Below are positions 38,008-48,085 of a stretch of DNA of 58,534 nucleotides, piece by piece. The stretch is from positions 1-58,534 of the forward strand of contig JBBRFG010000001.1 of NCBI GenBank assembly GCA_038224685.1, in the 5' to 3' direction. Within the stretch, counting starts at the first letter, position 1. Every line of letters starts with the position of its first letter. Origin of the DNA: Sphingomonadales bacterium. GTDB taxonomy: Bacteria; Pseudomonadota; Alphaproteobacteria; Sphingomonadales; Sphingomonadaceae. A model generated the notes under the pieces. It was not told where the DNA came from. It ran no database searches and saw only the letters and a program-made list of their open reading frames with translations. A program made the translations under genes and the position numbers.

Positions 38008-39549
38008 TCAGCGAAGCCGAATTGGAAGGAACGTTGGCGGTGCGGTGCGCCGCTGGACACGCAGCAGGATCGCCTCCCGCCCTTCGCTACCGGCAGCCTG
38101 AACCTGATCGGTCAGTGCTTCAACCGAAGCCACTTCCTGATAATTGGCCGACAAGATAACATCGCCCCGCCGCAGCCCCTTGCGCGCTGCATCGGAATTG
38201 GGATCGACCGCTGCGACCACCACGCCCTTCGTATCCGCCGGAATGCCGATCGAGCGGGCGACCGCAGCGCTCATCGGCAACACCTGCAAGCCGAGCTTTT
38301 GCTCGATCAACTCATTCGACGTTCCGGGTGCCATCGGCTCATCGGCGTCGGGATCGAATGTCTGGGCCTGCGCTTGCAATTCCGCCTCGCTCGGGCGCTT
38401 GCCAAGCGTGACGTTAAGCGCAACGCGCTTGGCATCGCGCAGCAGTTCGACAGGCACCTGCGCACCGGGTTCCAGATTGGCTACCAGAAACGATACCGAC
38501 TGTTCCGAAGTCACATCTTTGCCGTTGACCTTGGTTACGATGTCGCCCGGCTTCAGGCCAGCACGCGCCGCCGGGCTATCGTCCGTCACGTTCTGCACCA
38601 GCTCGCCGCGCCGTTTGGGCAGGCCAAGCGAAGCGGCGAAATCTTCATCAATCGGGGCGAGCCCAACCCCAAGAAATCCGCGCTGAATTTCGCGGCCATC
38701 GCGCAATTTTTCGACAATCGGAGCAGCAATTTCTGATGGGATCGCGAACCCGATCCCGACGCTGCCCCCTGAAGGCGAGAAGATTGCGTTGTTGATGCCG
38801 ATCACATTGCCGCGCATGTCGAACAACGGCCCGCCCGAATTACCACGATTGATGCTAGCATCGGTCTGAAGAAACCGGTCATACGCGCCGCCTTGGCCAG
38901 TGTTGCGATAAACAGCCGAGATAATCCCGCTGGTCACCGTTCCGCCAAGGCCGAACGGATTGCCAATCGCCACCACCCATTCGCCCACCCGCGACGCGCT
39001 CGAATCGCCGAACCTCACGAACGGGAGTGGCCGATCAGCTTTGATCTTGAGCACCGCCAGATCGGACGCGGCATCCGCGCCGACCAATTCGGCTTCATAC
39101 TCGGTGCCATCGGGCAGGGTAACAGTGATCGATTCCAACTTGGCGCGGGCATCGGGGGAAACCACGTGGTTGTTGGTCACCACAAAGCCGTCGGCTGAAA
39201 TTATGAAGCCTGACCCGAGCGACTGCGCTTCGCGAGTCTGCGGCTGCGCACCGCCACTGCCGCCGCCGCCGCCACCCTGACGGCGGTTGAACAATTCGGC
39301 AAACGGCGATCCTGCGAACGGGTTATTCGCGACTTCAACTCGCTGCCGCGTGGCGATGTTTACCACGGCTGGCTGCAATTGCGCCGTAAGATCAGCAAAG
39401 CTGGCCGGCGCGCCCGCGACCGGCACCACCCGTTCCATCACCGCGCCATCATTTTGCGCCACCTGCGCGCCCAGCGGCGTGCCGCTGATCAACGAAATAG
39501 CAGCGCCGCCAACCAGCAGCGCGCTCGACAGTCCATACACATAGCGCAC
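38008..39549 (-). CDS. Do/DegP(HtrA)-family periplasmic serine protease with two PDZ domains
   Basis: TNNHVV, DLAVLK, GNSGGP catalytic triad; GTG start near 39549. Confidence 0.95.
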   Translation of the reverse strand: MRYVYGLSSALLVGGAAISLISGTPLGAQVAQNDGAVMERVVPVAGAPASFADLTAQLQPAVVNIATRQRVEVANNPFAGSPFAELFNRRQGGGGGGSGGAQPQTREAQSLGSGFIISADGFVVTNNHVVSPDARAKLESITVTLPDGTEYEAELVGADAASDLAVLKIKADRPLPFVRFGDSSASRVGEWVVAIGNPFGLGGTVTSGIISAVYRNTGQGGAYDRFLQTDASINRGNSGGPLFDMRGNVIGINNAIFSPSGGSVGIGFAIPSEIAAPIVEKLRDGREIQRGFLGVGLAPIDEDFAASLGLPKRRGELVQNVTDDSPAARAGLKPGDIVTKVNGKDVTSEQSVSFLVANLEPGAQVPVELLRDAKRVALNVTLGKRPSEAELQAQAQTFDPDADEPMAPGTSNELIEQKLGLQVLPMSAAVARSIGIPADTKGVVVAAVDPNSDAARKGLRRGDVILSANYQEVASVEALTDQVQAAGSEGREAILLRVQRRTAPPTFLPIRLR

Positions 39550-39738
39550 GTTGTTCACGTCCTTTTGGTCCTTATCCAAATAAGGAATGCACGGAGCTGC
39601 CGCTGCGTTCCTCAAACTATTGTCGGGGCCAGCCTGGGTGCTGGTTTCCCGTTGCAAATGCGCTGTGTGCGCCTGAACGCTGATTGAACGTAGCCGGGCG
39701 TTCGGCAGTGCTCATGGCCTCTTGGACGGATAGCCGAC

Positions 39739-40596
39739 TTAGCGCTGTCCTTTAAACTGCCGGAAATACTCACTGTCTTCAGATAGCACCATTGTGCTTT
39801 GACCTTCGCCTGTCAGGAAGGTCTGACGATAGCTCTGCATCGCACGGTAGAAATCATAGAACGCTGGGTCTTTGCCATACGCAGCGGCATAAATCCGGGC
39901 GGCTTCGGCGGAGGCTTCGGCCTGAATGATCTGCGCATCGCGCTGCCCAGCGGCCCGGATGGTGGCCGCCTCTTCCTGCCGGTCAGTTTCCATGCGGGTA
40001 AAGGCTGCATCCAGCGGGCGGCCTTCGGGCAGATCAGCCCGTTTGATCCGCACATCGAGCACCTGCGCGCCGTAGTTGCGTGCTTGCAGGTCTAGGGTTC
40101 TGGTGATGTTCGTCATCGCCGTGCCGCGTTCGGCATTGATCAGCGCCGAAAATGGCCGCCGCCCCAGCTCCTGTCGCAGCACCGAGGTAAGGATCGGCAG
40201 CAACTGCGCTTCAAGCTCGCGCTCGGTCCCGGCGCGCTCGACCAACTTCACCGGATCGATGATGCGATAACGTGCATAGGCATCCACCTGAAGGCGCTGC
40301 TGATCGTTCGAAAGCACCTGCGTGCGTTCCATATCGAGATCGAGCACCCGGCGGTCGACCATTTGCACCTGTTCGGCAAACGGAATGCGAAACTGAATGC
40401 CCGCGCCGGTCTGACCATAGGGCTGATCGGGCCGGAACTGATTGAACACCCGGTTCGGCTGACCGGTCTGGATCACCACCGCTTGGTGAGTTTCTGGCAC
40501 AATCACGATGCTCGATGCCAGCGCGACCAAGATCACGGCGGCGACAATGGCCAGCGTCTTGTAGTTTTGCAGGAAGTTTTGGATCACAGTGTTCAT
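39739..40596 (-). CDS. hflC: FtsH protease modulator HflC
   Basis: SPFH domain, 'DVRIKRADLP', 'FYDFYRAMQSY'. Confidence 0.93.
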   Translation of the reverse strand: MNTVIQNFLQNYKTLAIVAAVILVALASSIVIVPETHQAVVIQTGQPNRVFNQFRPDQPYGQTGAGIQFRIPFAEQVQMVDRRVLDLDMERTQVLSNDQQRLQVDAYARYRIIDPVKLVERAGTERELEAQLLPILTSVLRQELGRRPFSALINAERGTAMTNITRTLDLQARNYGAQVLDVRIKRADLPEGRPLDAAFTRMETDRQEEAATIRAAGQRDAQIIQAEASAEAARIYAAAYGKDPAFYDFYRAMQSYRQTFLTGEGQSTMVLSEDSEYFRQFKGQR

Positions 40597-40600
40597 CGCG

Positions 40601-41770
40601 TTACTCCCCCTTCACCGGCGCGGGCGGCTGAGCACGGCGCTTCAGCTCTGGCAGCGGCAGGTATGGTGTCACATTGCCCGATTCGACGATGGTCTTGTCA
40701 GTTTTCGACAGCACCGATTCCATGGTTTCATAATATAGTCGGCGGCGCGTTACTTCGGGCGCGAGCTTGTATTCGCCATAGATGTTGTTGAACTCGCTCG
40801 CGTCACCTTGCGCACGGGCCAGCACCTGCTGCGCGACGGCGCGCGACCGATTAAGCGCCGCGTCGGCATCCTGCTGCGCGGAAGAAACATCCTTAAATGC
40901 TTCTTCGACCCGGGCAGGCGGATCAACCTTGTTGATTTCGATCCCTTGCACGCTGATCCCCGACCGATAGGCATCAAGTCGGGCCTGCATCGCGGCGCGC
41001 ACGTCCTGTTCGATTTCAGCGCGGCCTTCACCGGTCAAGGTTGTGTCCAGATCTTGCCGAGCCACCGCCGCGCGCATCGCCGCCTCGCCAATTTCGAGCA
41101 GGGCATTGCGCGGATCGGACAGCTGATATTTGTAAAGCGTCAGATTTGAGATATTCCAGCGGATCAAATAGGACAGATCAACCAGATTTTGGTCGCCGGT
41201 CAGGATCAGCTTTTCAGCCTTGGTACCGGGCACCTCTTCGAGCCGCACCTGCGTCACGTTTTCCTTCTCGACCATGTTTACCGGCCAAGGCGCGGTAATG
41301 TTCGTGCCGGAATCAAGCCCGCGCGAATATTTGCCGCCAAACCATGTCACCACTGCTTGTTCGCCCGGCTGGACAAAGTGCACGCTGCTCAATCCGATCC
41401 AGGCGACTGCGACTGCGCCGATAATCACCGGCACCCAGCTTTTGCCGCCGGGGCGTTCGGGCAGACGGAAGGTCGGGCCGCCGGTGCCGCCGCCAGAACG
41501 GCGTGGACCTTCGGGCCCGCGACCCTTGAAAATGTCCTCGATGCTGGCTGAACGCCGCTTGCCCGGCTCGTTTCCGCCCGGCAGCCACGGGTTGCGCGGG
41601 CCTTCAGACCCCTCGCCTTTCGGCCCGCCCCCGTTTGGCCCGCCCCCGTTTGGCCCATCGCCGGGTTCATCACCCGGGCCCGAACCACCCCAAGGGTTGT
41701 TTTTGCCAGCCATAGCCAAGCCGCGCGCGACCCCACCAAGACGTTCTATCCAGCCATCTAATCTTTGCAT
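40601..41770 (-). CDS. hflK: FtsH protease modulator HflK (start 41770 or 41713)
   Basis: 'NNPWG' Gly-rich N-terminus, 'LTGDQNLV', 'APEVTRRRLYYETME'. Confidence 0.92.
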   Translation of the reverse strand: MQRLDGWIERLGGVARGLAMAGKNNPWGGSGPGDEPGDGPNGGGPNGGGPKGEGSEGPRNPWLPGGNEPGKRRSASIEDIFKGRGPEGPRRSGGGTGGPTFRLPERPGGKSWVPVIIGAVAVAWIGLSSVHFVQPGEQAVVTWFGGKYSRGLDSGTNITAPWPVNMVEKENVTQVRLEEVPGTKAEKLILTGDQNLVDLSYLIRWNISNLTLYKYQLSDPRNALLEIGEAAMRAAVARQDLDTTLTGEGRAEIEQDVRAAMQARLDAYRSGISVQGIEINKVDPPARVEEAFKDVSSAQQDADAALNRSRAVAQQVLARAQGDASEFNNIYGEYKLAPEVTRRRLYYETMESVLSKTDKTIVESGNVTPYLPLPELKRRAQPPAPVKGE

Positions 41771-41845
41771 ACAGCCGTTATAGGCACGCCAGGGCGTGAA
41801 AAACAGGGGTTGGCTGCGTGAATTTGATGGTAGAGGCGTCGCGCC

Positions 41846-42847
41846 ATGAGCAATCGACCTGATCAACCCCGCCAGCCCGGCGCCGAAGAGGCGCTGATCC
41901 GCGCCGCGCTGTCGCCTGAAATCAACCACCGGCTGCGGTCTGCGCGGATCGTTGCGCGCCGCGCGGTCATCGTCGCGGAAGCGGGCGATCTGTCCGATGC
42001 CGCCCGCGCGGAACTCGAATCCGCGATCACCGCCGCGCTCACCCCGCTGGACGAAATCGGCGAAGTGCGGATCGCGCTGACCGGAGAACGCAGCCGCCGC
42101 CGCCTGATCGCCGTCGGATCGGGCAAGGGTGGGGTCGGCAAATCGACGCTGACCGCCAATCTTGCGGTTGCGCTGGCCCGGATGGGTCGCCGCGTCGGCG
42201 TGATTGACGGTGATATCTACGGCCCCTCGCAGCCCAAACTGCTCGCGACCGAGGGGATCAAGCCCGCAGCCCATGGTGACAAGCTGGTGGCGATTGACAG
42301 CCGCCACGGGGTCAAGGTGCTGTCGATGGGCCACATCGTTGCGCCGGGCAAAGCGCTGGCGTGGCGCGGGCCGATGACGGGCAAGGCATTGTCGCAACTG
42401 GTCGATGCCGACTGGGGCGACACCGATCTGCTGCTGGTCGATCTGCCGCCGGGCACCGGCGATGTGCAATTGTCGATGATGTCGGCCCACCGCCCCGATG
42501 GCGCGATCCTGGTTTCAACCCCGCAAGACCTGGCGCTGATCGATGCTGCGCGCGCCGGGCAATTGTTTGAACAGGGTGAAGTGCCGATCATCGGGTTGGT
42601 GGAAAACATGGCGGGTTATGCCTGCCCGCATTGCGGCGAAATCAGCGATCCGTTCGGCCAGGGCGGCGTGGAAAAATTTGCCGCCGCGCTCGACATTCCG
42701 TTCCTTGGCCGGGTGCCGTTAACGCTGGCAACACGGATTGCGGGCGACACCGGCGAACCACCTGCGGCGGGTGATGACGAAACTGCCGCACCGTTTGTGG
42801 CGATTGCCGAACGCCTCGCGCGGTGGCTTGATACAGGATCGGTCTAG
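41846..42847 (+). CDS. mrp: Mrp/ApbC (NBP35) iron-sulfur cluster carrier ATPase
   Basis: GKGGVGKST, DIYGPS, DLPPGTGD, ENM...CPHC. Confidence 0.93.
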   Translation: MSNRPDQPRQPGAEEALIRAALSPEINHRLRSARIVARRAVIVAEAGDLSDAARAELESAITAALTPLDEIGEVRIALTGERSRRRLIAVGSGKGGVGKSTLTANLAVALARMGRRVGVIDGDIYGPSQPKLLATEGIKPAAHGDKLVAIDSRHGVKVLSMGHIVAPGKALAWRGPMTGKALSQLVDADWGDTDLLLVDLPPGTGDVQLSMMSAHRPDGAILVSTPQDLALIDAARAGQLFEQGEVPIIGLVENMAGYACPHCGEISDPFGQGGVEKFAAALDIPFLGRVPLTLATRIAGDTGEPPAAGDDETAAPFVAIAERLARWLDTGSV

Positions 42848-42851
42848 GGCG

Positions 42852-45143
42852 ATGCAGGTTTTGCGGCGGGGGCAGGTTTCGCGCAGGGGGATGCTCGCGG
42901 GGGCAGCGGCCGGCGGGGGCCTGCTGGTGGCGTGGTGGCTGATGCCGCGCAGCTATCGCACCCCATTGGTGGCGGCGGGCGGCGAACATGTGTTTGGCGC
43001 GTGGCTCAAGATCGCGGCTGACGGCGTGGTCACCGTGGCGGTGCCGCAGCTCGAAATGGGACAGGGCATCACCACGCTGCTACCGCAGATCGTCGCGAAC
43101 GAATTGGGGGCAGACTGGCGGCAAATCGCGGTTGAGCCTGCGCCAGTTTCGGGGGCCTATGCCAACGTGCCGCTGGCGCGCAAATGGATCGCGCTGTGGG
43201 ATCCGGTCGCCGCTGGCCTATCAGCAACGACCGACGATCTCATCACGCAGCGGTTTGCAGGCGCGCAGCGGTTCAACGCAACCGCCGCTGGCACTGCGAT
43301 CGAAGCCTATGAATTGCCCTGCCGCGAAGCCGCCGCCGCCGCGCGCGCGATGCTGGCGCAGGAAGCGGCCTCGCGCTGGGGCGTGGCGTGGGAGGAGTGC
43401 GAGGTCGCAGCCGGGTTCGTCACGCATGGCACCAACCGTGCGACCTTTGGCGAACTGGCGGAAGCGGCGGCGCAATGGACCCCGCCTGATCCCCCGTCGC
43501 TGCGCCCTGAGCCGCTACGCGAAGCACCGCTGCCAGCCGACTCCGAAACAGCACCGGCGTTCCCGAGACTTGATCTGCCGTCCAAGGTTGATGGGTCGTA
43601 CCGGTTTGCGGGCGATGTGCGCCTGCCGGGAATGGTGTTTGCCTCAATCCGCCACGGGCCTGCCGATGGATCGGAACTGACCGGGTTCAACCGCACAGCC
43701 GCTGGCACGATCAGGGGGCTGGAAGGCATCGTCGAGAGCAAGCGTTGGCTCGCAGTGGCCGCGACCACTTGGTGGAGCGCCGAAGCAGCGCTTGACGCAA
43801 TGAAGCCCAAATTCGCGGTCGCAGCACCGATCAACACCAACGAAATTGCCGCCCGGCTCGATACAGTGCTGAACGGCGGAGAAGCTTTTACCATTGCCGA
43901 AACCGGATTTGCCGATGTCGCAATTGCGCGGGTCGACATGGCCCGGCGTTACGAGATTGAACCGGCCCACGCCGCTCCGGTTGAAACCGCGACCGCAGCG
44001 GCGCGATTCGCCGATGGCAGGCTTGATCTGTGGATAGCGAGCCAAGCGCCCGAACAAACGCGCATCGCCGCCGCCCGGGCCATCGGGATCAGAACCGAGG
44101 ACGTGGCGCTGTATCCGATGCCCGCAGGCGGCAGCTTTGATGCCCGGCTGGAACATGATCACGCCATCGAAACCGCCTTGATCGCGCGCGCGCTTGGGCG
44201 CCCGGTGCAGCTCACCTGGCCGCGCCGCAGCGAGATGATCCGCAGCCGTCCGCGCGCGCCTGCGTGGGTGCTGATCGGGGCGCAGCTTTCGCGGACCAGC
44301 CCCGGCGCGATTGATTCGCTGCGGCTGCGAATTGCCGCGCCGCCAGCGGGGCGGGAGTTTGGCAAACGGTTGTTTGGCAACCTTACCAGCATGGCAGCGA
44401 TCCGCGAAAGCTCCGGCCAGCCTGACCCGATGGTGTGCGAAGGCGCGGTGCCGCCGTATCAGCTGCCGGCGGTGCTGGTGGAGCACATCCCGGTTGAAAT
44501 CGGGCTGCCGGTCGGGCGGGTGCGCGGCAATGCGCCCGGGGCGAACATTTTCGCGATTGAAAGCTTCATCGACGAAATCGCCGCCAAGTTTGACCGTGAG
44601 CCGCTGTCATTCCGGATGGCGATGCTGGGTTCCGATGTGCGGCTGGCCGCGTGCCTGCAACGTGCGGCGCAGCTCGCCGGATGGGATGGCGGGGTCAATC
44701 AAAGCGGACAGGGCATCGCCTGCGCCCGTATCGGCGAAGGGCCAGAGGCAGCCCGCATCGCCTGCGTCGCCACCGCGCGGCAAAGCGAGGGCGGGGTGCG
44801 GGTCATGCGCCTGTCGGCAGCGGTCGATGTCGGCCGCATAATCAACCACGACATCGCGCTCCAGCAGGTCGAAGGCGGGCTGGTGTTCGGCATCGGCATC
44901 GCGCTGGGCAATCCGGTCAAATATCGCGGCGGTATCCCCGAAACGCTCGATTACGAAGGGCTTGGCCTGCCGACGCTGGCCGATTGCCCGGAAATGCGGA
45001 TCGAATTCATCGCCAGCGAAGCCCCGCCTGCTGACCCGGGCGAGCTGGGCGCAGTGGTCGCCCCGCCCGCAATTGCCAATGCGTTGTTTTCGGCGACGGG
45101 GTTGCGGCTGCGGCGACTGCCCTTACTTTCTGACGGCATATGA
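42852..45143 (+). CDS. Xanthine dehydrogenase-family molybdopterin-binding subunit (IorB-like)
   Basis: Tat-like SRRGML, 'EMGQG', 'GGSF', 'QQVEGG', 'GELG...PAIANALFSATGLRLRRLP'; ATG at 42852. Confidence 0.9.
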   Translation: MQVLRRGQVSRRGMLAGAAAGGGLLVAWWLMPRSYRTPLVAAGGEHVFGAWLKIAADGVVTVAVPQLEMGQGITTLLPQIVANELGADWRQIAVEPAPVSGAYANVPLARKWIALWDPVAAGLSATTDDLITQRFAGAQRFNATAAGTAIEAYELPCREAAAAARAMLAQEAASRWGVAWEECEVAAGFVTHGTNRATFGELAEAAAQWTPPDPPSLRPEPLREAPLPADSETAPAFPRLDLPSKVDGSYRFAGDVRLPGMVFASIRHGPADGSELTGFNRTAAGTIRGLEGIVESKRWLAVAATTWWSAEAALDAMKPKFAVAAPINTNEIAARLDTVLNGGEAFTIAETGFADVAIARVDMARRYEIEPAHAAPVETATAAARFADGRLDLWIASQAPEQTRIAAARAIGIRTEDVALYPMPAGGSFDARLEHDHAIETALIARALGRPVQLTWPRRSEMIRSRPRAPAWVLIGAQLSRTSPGAIDSLRLRIAAPPAGREFGKRLFGNLTSMAAIRESSGQPDPMVCEGAVPPYQLPAVLVEHIPVEIGLPVGRVRGNAPGANIFAIESFIDEIAAKFDREPLSFRMAMLGSDVRLAACLQRAAQLAGWDGGVNQSGQGIACARIGEGPEAARIACVATARQSEGGVRVMRLSAAVDVGRIINHDIALQQVEGGLVFGIGIALGNPVKYRGGIPETLDYEGLGLPTLADCPEMRIEFIASEAPPADPGELGAVVAPPAIANALFSATGLRLRRLPLLSDGI

Positions 45144-45222
45144 CCCGGATATCCTGCCCCTCGATGATCCGGACGATCGCATCTGCCCGGAAACCAAACG
45201 CTGCCCAAACGTTAGAGCGGCA

Positions 45223-46257
45223 ATGACCTGGCAGACTCAACGCCTTCCGGGCGACCACCCTCCTGTAAACAGCGGTTTGATCGGCGTGTTGCTGGTTAAC
45301 CTTGGCACGCCTGACGGGCCTGACCCGGATTCGGTCAAAAAATATCTGCGCCAATTCCTGTCTGACCGCCGCGTGATCGAGATACCACCAATCGCCTGGC
45401 AACCCATCCTGCGCGGGATCATCCTCAACACCCGGCCCAAGAAAAGTTCCGAAGCCTATACCAAGATCTGGACCGACCGCGGATCGCCGCTGGCCGATAT
45501 CACCTCGCGCCAAGCCGAAGCGATTGCCGGACTTTTCGGCGACAAGGTGATTGTCGATTACGCGATGCGCTACGGCTCGCCCTCGCTCGAACAGCGCATT
45601 ACCGAACTGATGGCCAAGGGCTGCGACCGCATCCTGATTGCGCCGATGTATCCGCAATATTGCGCGGCAACGACGGCGACGGTGTTTGACGAGGTCGCCC
45701 GCGTGCTCGGCGATATGCGCTGGCAGCCCGCGCTGCGGTTTGTGCCACCCTATCATGATGATGCCAATTATTGCGATGCGCTGGCCGATGATTTGACCCG
45801 GCAGGTCGGCGCGCTGGCGTTCCGGCCCGAGGTGATGCTGCTGAGCTTTCACGGGATGCCGCAGCGCACCCATGAAAAGGGCGATCCCTATCACTGCCAT
45901 TGCCACAAGACCGCCCGGCTGCTGCGCGAACGGTTGGCGGATCGGCCTGAATTTGCAGGCATCAGGTTTGAAACGACGTTCCAATCACGGTTCGGCCCGG
46001 CGCGCTGGCTGGAACCTGCGACCGATGATACTTTGATCGCCGAAGGGGCCAAGGGCACCAAACGGCTGGTCGTGGTCGCACCGGGGTTTGCGGCTGATTG
46101 CGTCGAGACGCTGGAGGAACTCGCGCTCGAAGGACGCGATGAATTCATTGAGGCGGGCGGCGAGGAATACGCCGTGCTGCAATGCCTCAACACCTCGCCC
46201 GCCGGGGTGGCGATGGTTGAAGCGATGATCCGGCGCGAGCTTTCGGGCTGGATTTAG
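45223..46257 (+). CDS. hemH: Ferrochelatase
   Basis: LVNLGTP, SFHGMP, FQSRFG, ADCVETLEE; ATG at 45223. Confidence 0.96.
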   Translation: MTWQTQRLPGDHPPVNSGLIGVLLVNLGTPDGPDPDSVKKYLRQFLSDRRVIEIPPIAWQPILRGIILNTRPKKSSEAYTKIWTDRGSPLADITSRQAEAIAGLFGDKVIVDYAMRYGSPSLEQRITELMAKGCDRILIAPMYPQYCAATTATVFDEVARVLGDMRWQPALRFVPPYHDDANYCDALADDLTRQVGALAFRPEVMLLSFHGMPQRTHEKGDPYHCHCHKTARLLRERLADRPEFAGIRFETTFQSRFGPARWLEPATDDTLIAEGAKGTKRLVVVAPGFAADCVETLEELALEGRDEFIEAGGEEYAVLQCLNTSPAGVAMVEAMIRRELSGWI

Positions 46258-46323
46258 CGCGGCGGAGTATTTACACCAAGGTTAGTTGCTAATCCGAACC
46301 CGTTACGGAGCGCCGAACCGATC

Positions 46324-47730
46324 ATGGCCACCCTTGCCCACCCAGACACCTCGGCCCAGCCGGAATTTCGCCATTGGAGCGAAGGCAATCCGGTCGAGGC
46401 TGATCTGGCGCATATCCCCGGCGACGGCGGCTGGCCGGTGGTGGGCAACACCTTCAAGATGCTGGCCGACCCGCACGGCTTTGTGAAAGCGCGGATCGAA
46501 CAGTTCGGCAAAGTCTACAAGAACCGCGCGTTTGGCGGCTGGCAGGTCGCGCTGCTTGGCGCAGAAGCGAACGAGTTATTATTGTTCAACAAGGACAAGA
46601 TATTCTCCAGCGAACAGGGCTGGGGCCCGGTGCTTGATCAACTATTCCCGCGCGGGTTGATGCTGCTGGATTTTGACCATCACCGGATTGATCGCCGCGC
46701 GCTGTCGATCGCGTTCAAGCCTGGACCGATGCGGCATTATTCGGGCGCGCTCAACCGCGGCATCGCGCGCGAAGTCGCCACTTGGGCCGGGCCGATGGAG
46801 TTTTACCCGGCGATCAAAAAGCTCACGCTCGATCTGGCGGCTGACAGTTTCATCGGCCTGCCGTGGGGGCCTGAGGCTGACCGGATCAATGCCGCCTTCG
46901 TCGATATGGTGCAGGCCTCAGTCGCGCCGGTGCGCAAGCCGCTGCCGTTCACCAAGATGAAAAAGGGTGTCGATGGCCGGGCGTTTCTGGTCGATTATTT
47001 CACCCGCGAAACCCTGCGCCGCCGGGCGGAGGGCGGCGGGCAGGATATGTTCAGCCAGTTTGCCACCGCCACCCGCGAAGACGGATCGCTGCTGCCAGCG
47101 GACGAAGTGGTTGATCACATGAACTTCCTGATGATGGCGGCGCATGACACCATCACATCATCGGCCACTTCGCTGATCTATCACCTCGCCACCAATCCCG
47201 AATGGCAGGAAAAACTGCGCGACGAGATTTTCGCGGTGACCGGCGGGCCAGACGGATCGGGCGAACCCAGCGCGCTCGATTATGATGATCTGGCCAAGCT
47301 GGAACTCACCGAAATGGCGTTCAAGGAATCGCTGCGGATGATCCCCCCGGTGCCGTCGATGCCGCGCCGGGCGTTGCGCGCATTCGAATATGGCGGATAC
47401 CGCATCCCGGCGGGCACGATGGTGGGGATCAACATTTACTGGACCCACCATTCCGAGGACTACTGGGACAATCCGTTTACCTTCGACCCCTCCCGCTTTA
47501 CGCCTGATCAGATCAAAGCGCGGCACAAATATGCCTGGGTGCCGTTTGGCGGCGGGGCGCACATGTGCCTCGGGCTGCATTTTGCCTATATGCAGGTCAA
47601 GGTGCTGATCGCCCAATTGTTGCAGCGTTACCGGATTGAGGCGGCGGCGGGATACAATCCCGACTGGCAGGAATGGCCGATCCCGCAGCCCAAGGATGGG
47701 CTGAAGGTGACATTCACCCCGCTGCGGTAA
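46324..47730 (+). CDS. Cytochrome P450
   Basis: I-helix AAHDT, ExxR (ESLR), FDPSRF, heme ligand FGGGAHMCLG. Confidence 0.96.
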   Translation: MATLAHPDTSAQPEFRHWSEGNPVEADLAHIPGDGGWPVVGNTFKMLADPHGFVKARIEQFGKVYKNRAFGGWQVALLGAEANELLLFNKDKIFSSEQGWGPVLDQLFPRGLMLLDFDHHRIDRRALSIAFKPGPMRHYSGALNRGIAREVATWAGPMEFYPAIKKLTLDLAADSFIGLPWGPEADRINAAFVDMVQASVAPVRKPLPFTKMKKGVDGRAFLVDYFTRETLRRRAEGGGQDMFSQFATATREDGSLLPADEVVDHMNFLMMAAHDTITSSATSLIYHLATNPEWQEKLRDEIFAVTGGPDGSGEPSALDYDDLAKLELTEMAFKESLRMIPPVPSMPRRALRAFEYGGYRIPAGTMVGINIYWTHHSEDYWDNPFTFDPSRFTPDQIKARHKYAWVPFGGGAHMCLGLHFAYMQVKVLIAQLLQRYRIEAAAGYNPDWQEWPIPQPKDGLKVTFTPLR

Positions 47731-47746
47731 TGTTTCACGTGAAACA
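47731..47746. other. parS centromere-like site
   Basis: Perfect TGTTTCACGTGAAACA immediately after the P450 stop codon. Confidence 0.85.
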
Positions 47747-47768
47747 TCGGTGCTGGGAACGGCAAGAC

Positions 47769-47819
47769 GGGGTCTAGCGGGGGTCTAGACGGGGTCTAAA
47801 CCGGCCTGGCGGGGGTCTA
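47769..47819. repeat. Four direct copies of GGGGTCTA
   Basis: Copies start at 47769, 47780, 47791 and 47812. Confidence 0.85.
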
Positions 47820-47862
47820 AAACGCGCTAAGCGCCCCCTCTTTGCGATTCCCCGCGCTCAGC

Positions 47863-48033
47863 TTAAAAATCCCATGCGATCCCGTTTTTCTCCCAATCGC
47901 CATAGCGCGTGGGGGATAGCTCGCGCGGCTCGTCTTTCATTGGATCGACCCGCTTTGGCGCAGGCACTGGGTCGTTGGTCCAATGGGCCGGTTTTTGAAA
48001 GGCCTTCGCGGCTTCGCACTTTTGCTTGGTCAT
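47863..48033 (-). CDS. DUF1674 / SdhAF4(Sdh8)-like small protein (not in ORF track)
   Basis: Hand translation, 56 aa: MTKQKCEAAKAFQKPAHWTNDPVPAPKRVDPMKDEPRELSPTRYGDWEKNGIAWDF. Confidence 0.9.
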   Translation of the reverse strand: MTKQKCEAAKAFQKPAHWTNDPVPAPKRVDPMKDEPRELSPTRYGDWEKNGIAWDF

Positions 48034-48085
48034 GCCATCCAAATGCGCAAGCTGGCACTTGGTTTCAACCGCGTTTTTTGCGCCG

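Noticed and set aside
41622-41656. 15-bp tandem repeat in hflK (GPNGG x2)
   Set aside because: Ordinary low-complexity Gly/Pro linker of HflK.
41771-42490. N-terminal extension making HflK 629 aa
   Set aside because: Overlaps mrp on the opposite strand; HflK-like sequence begins near 41770/41713.
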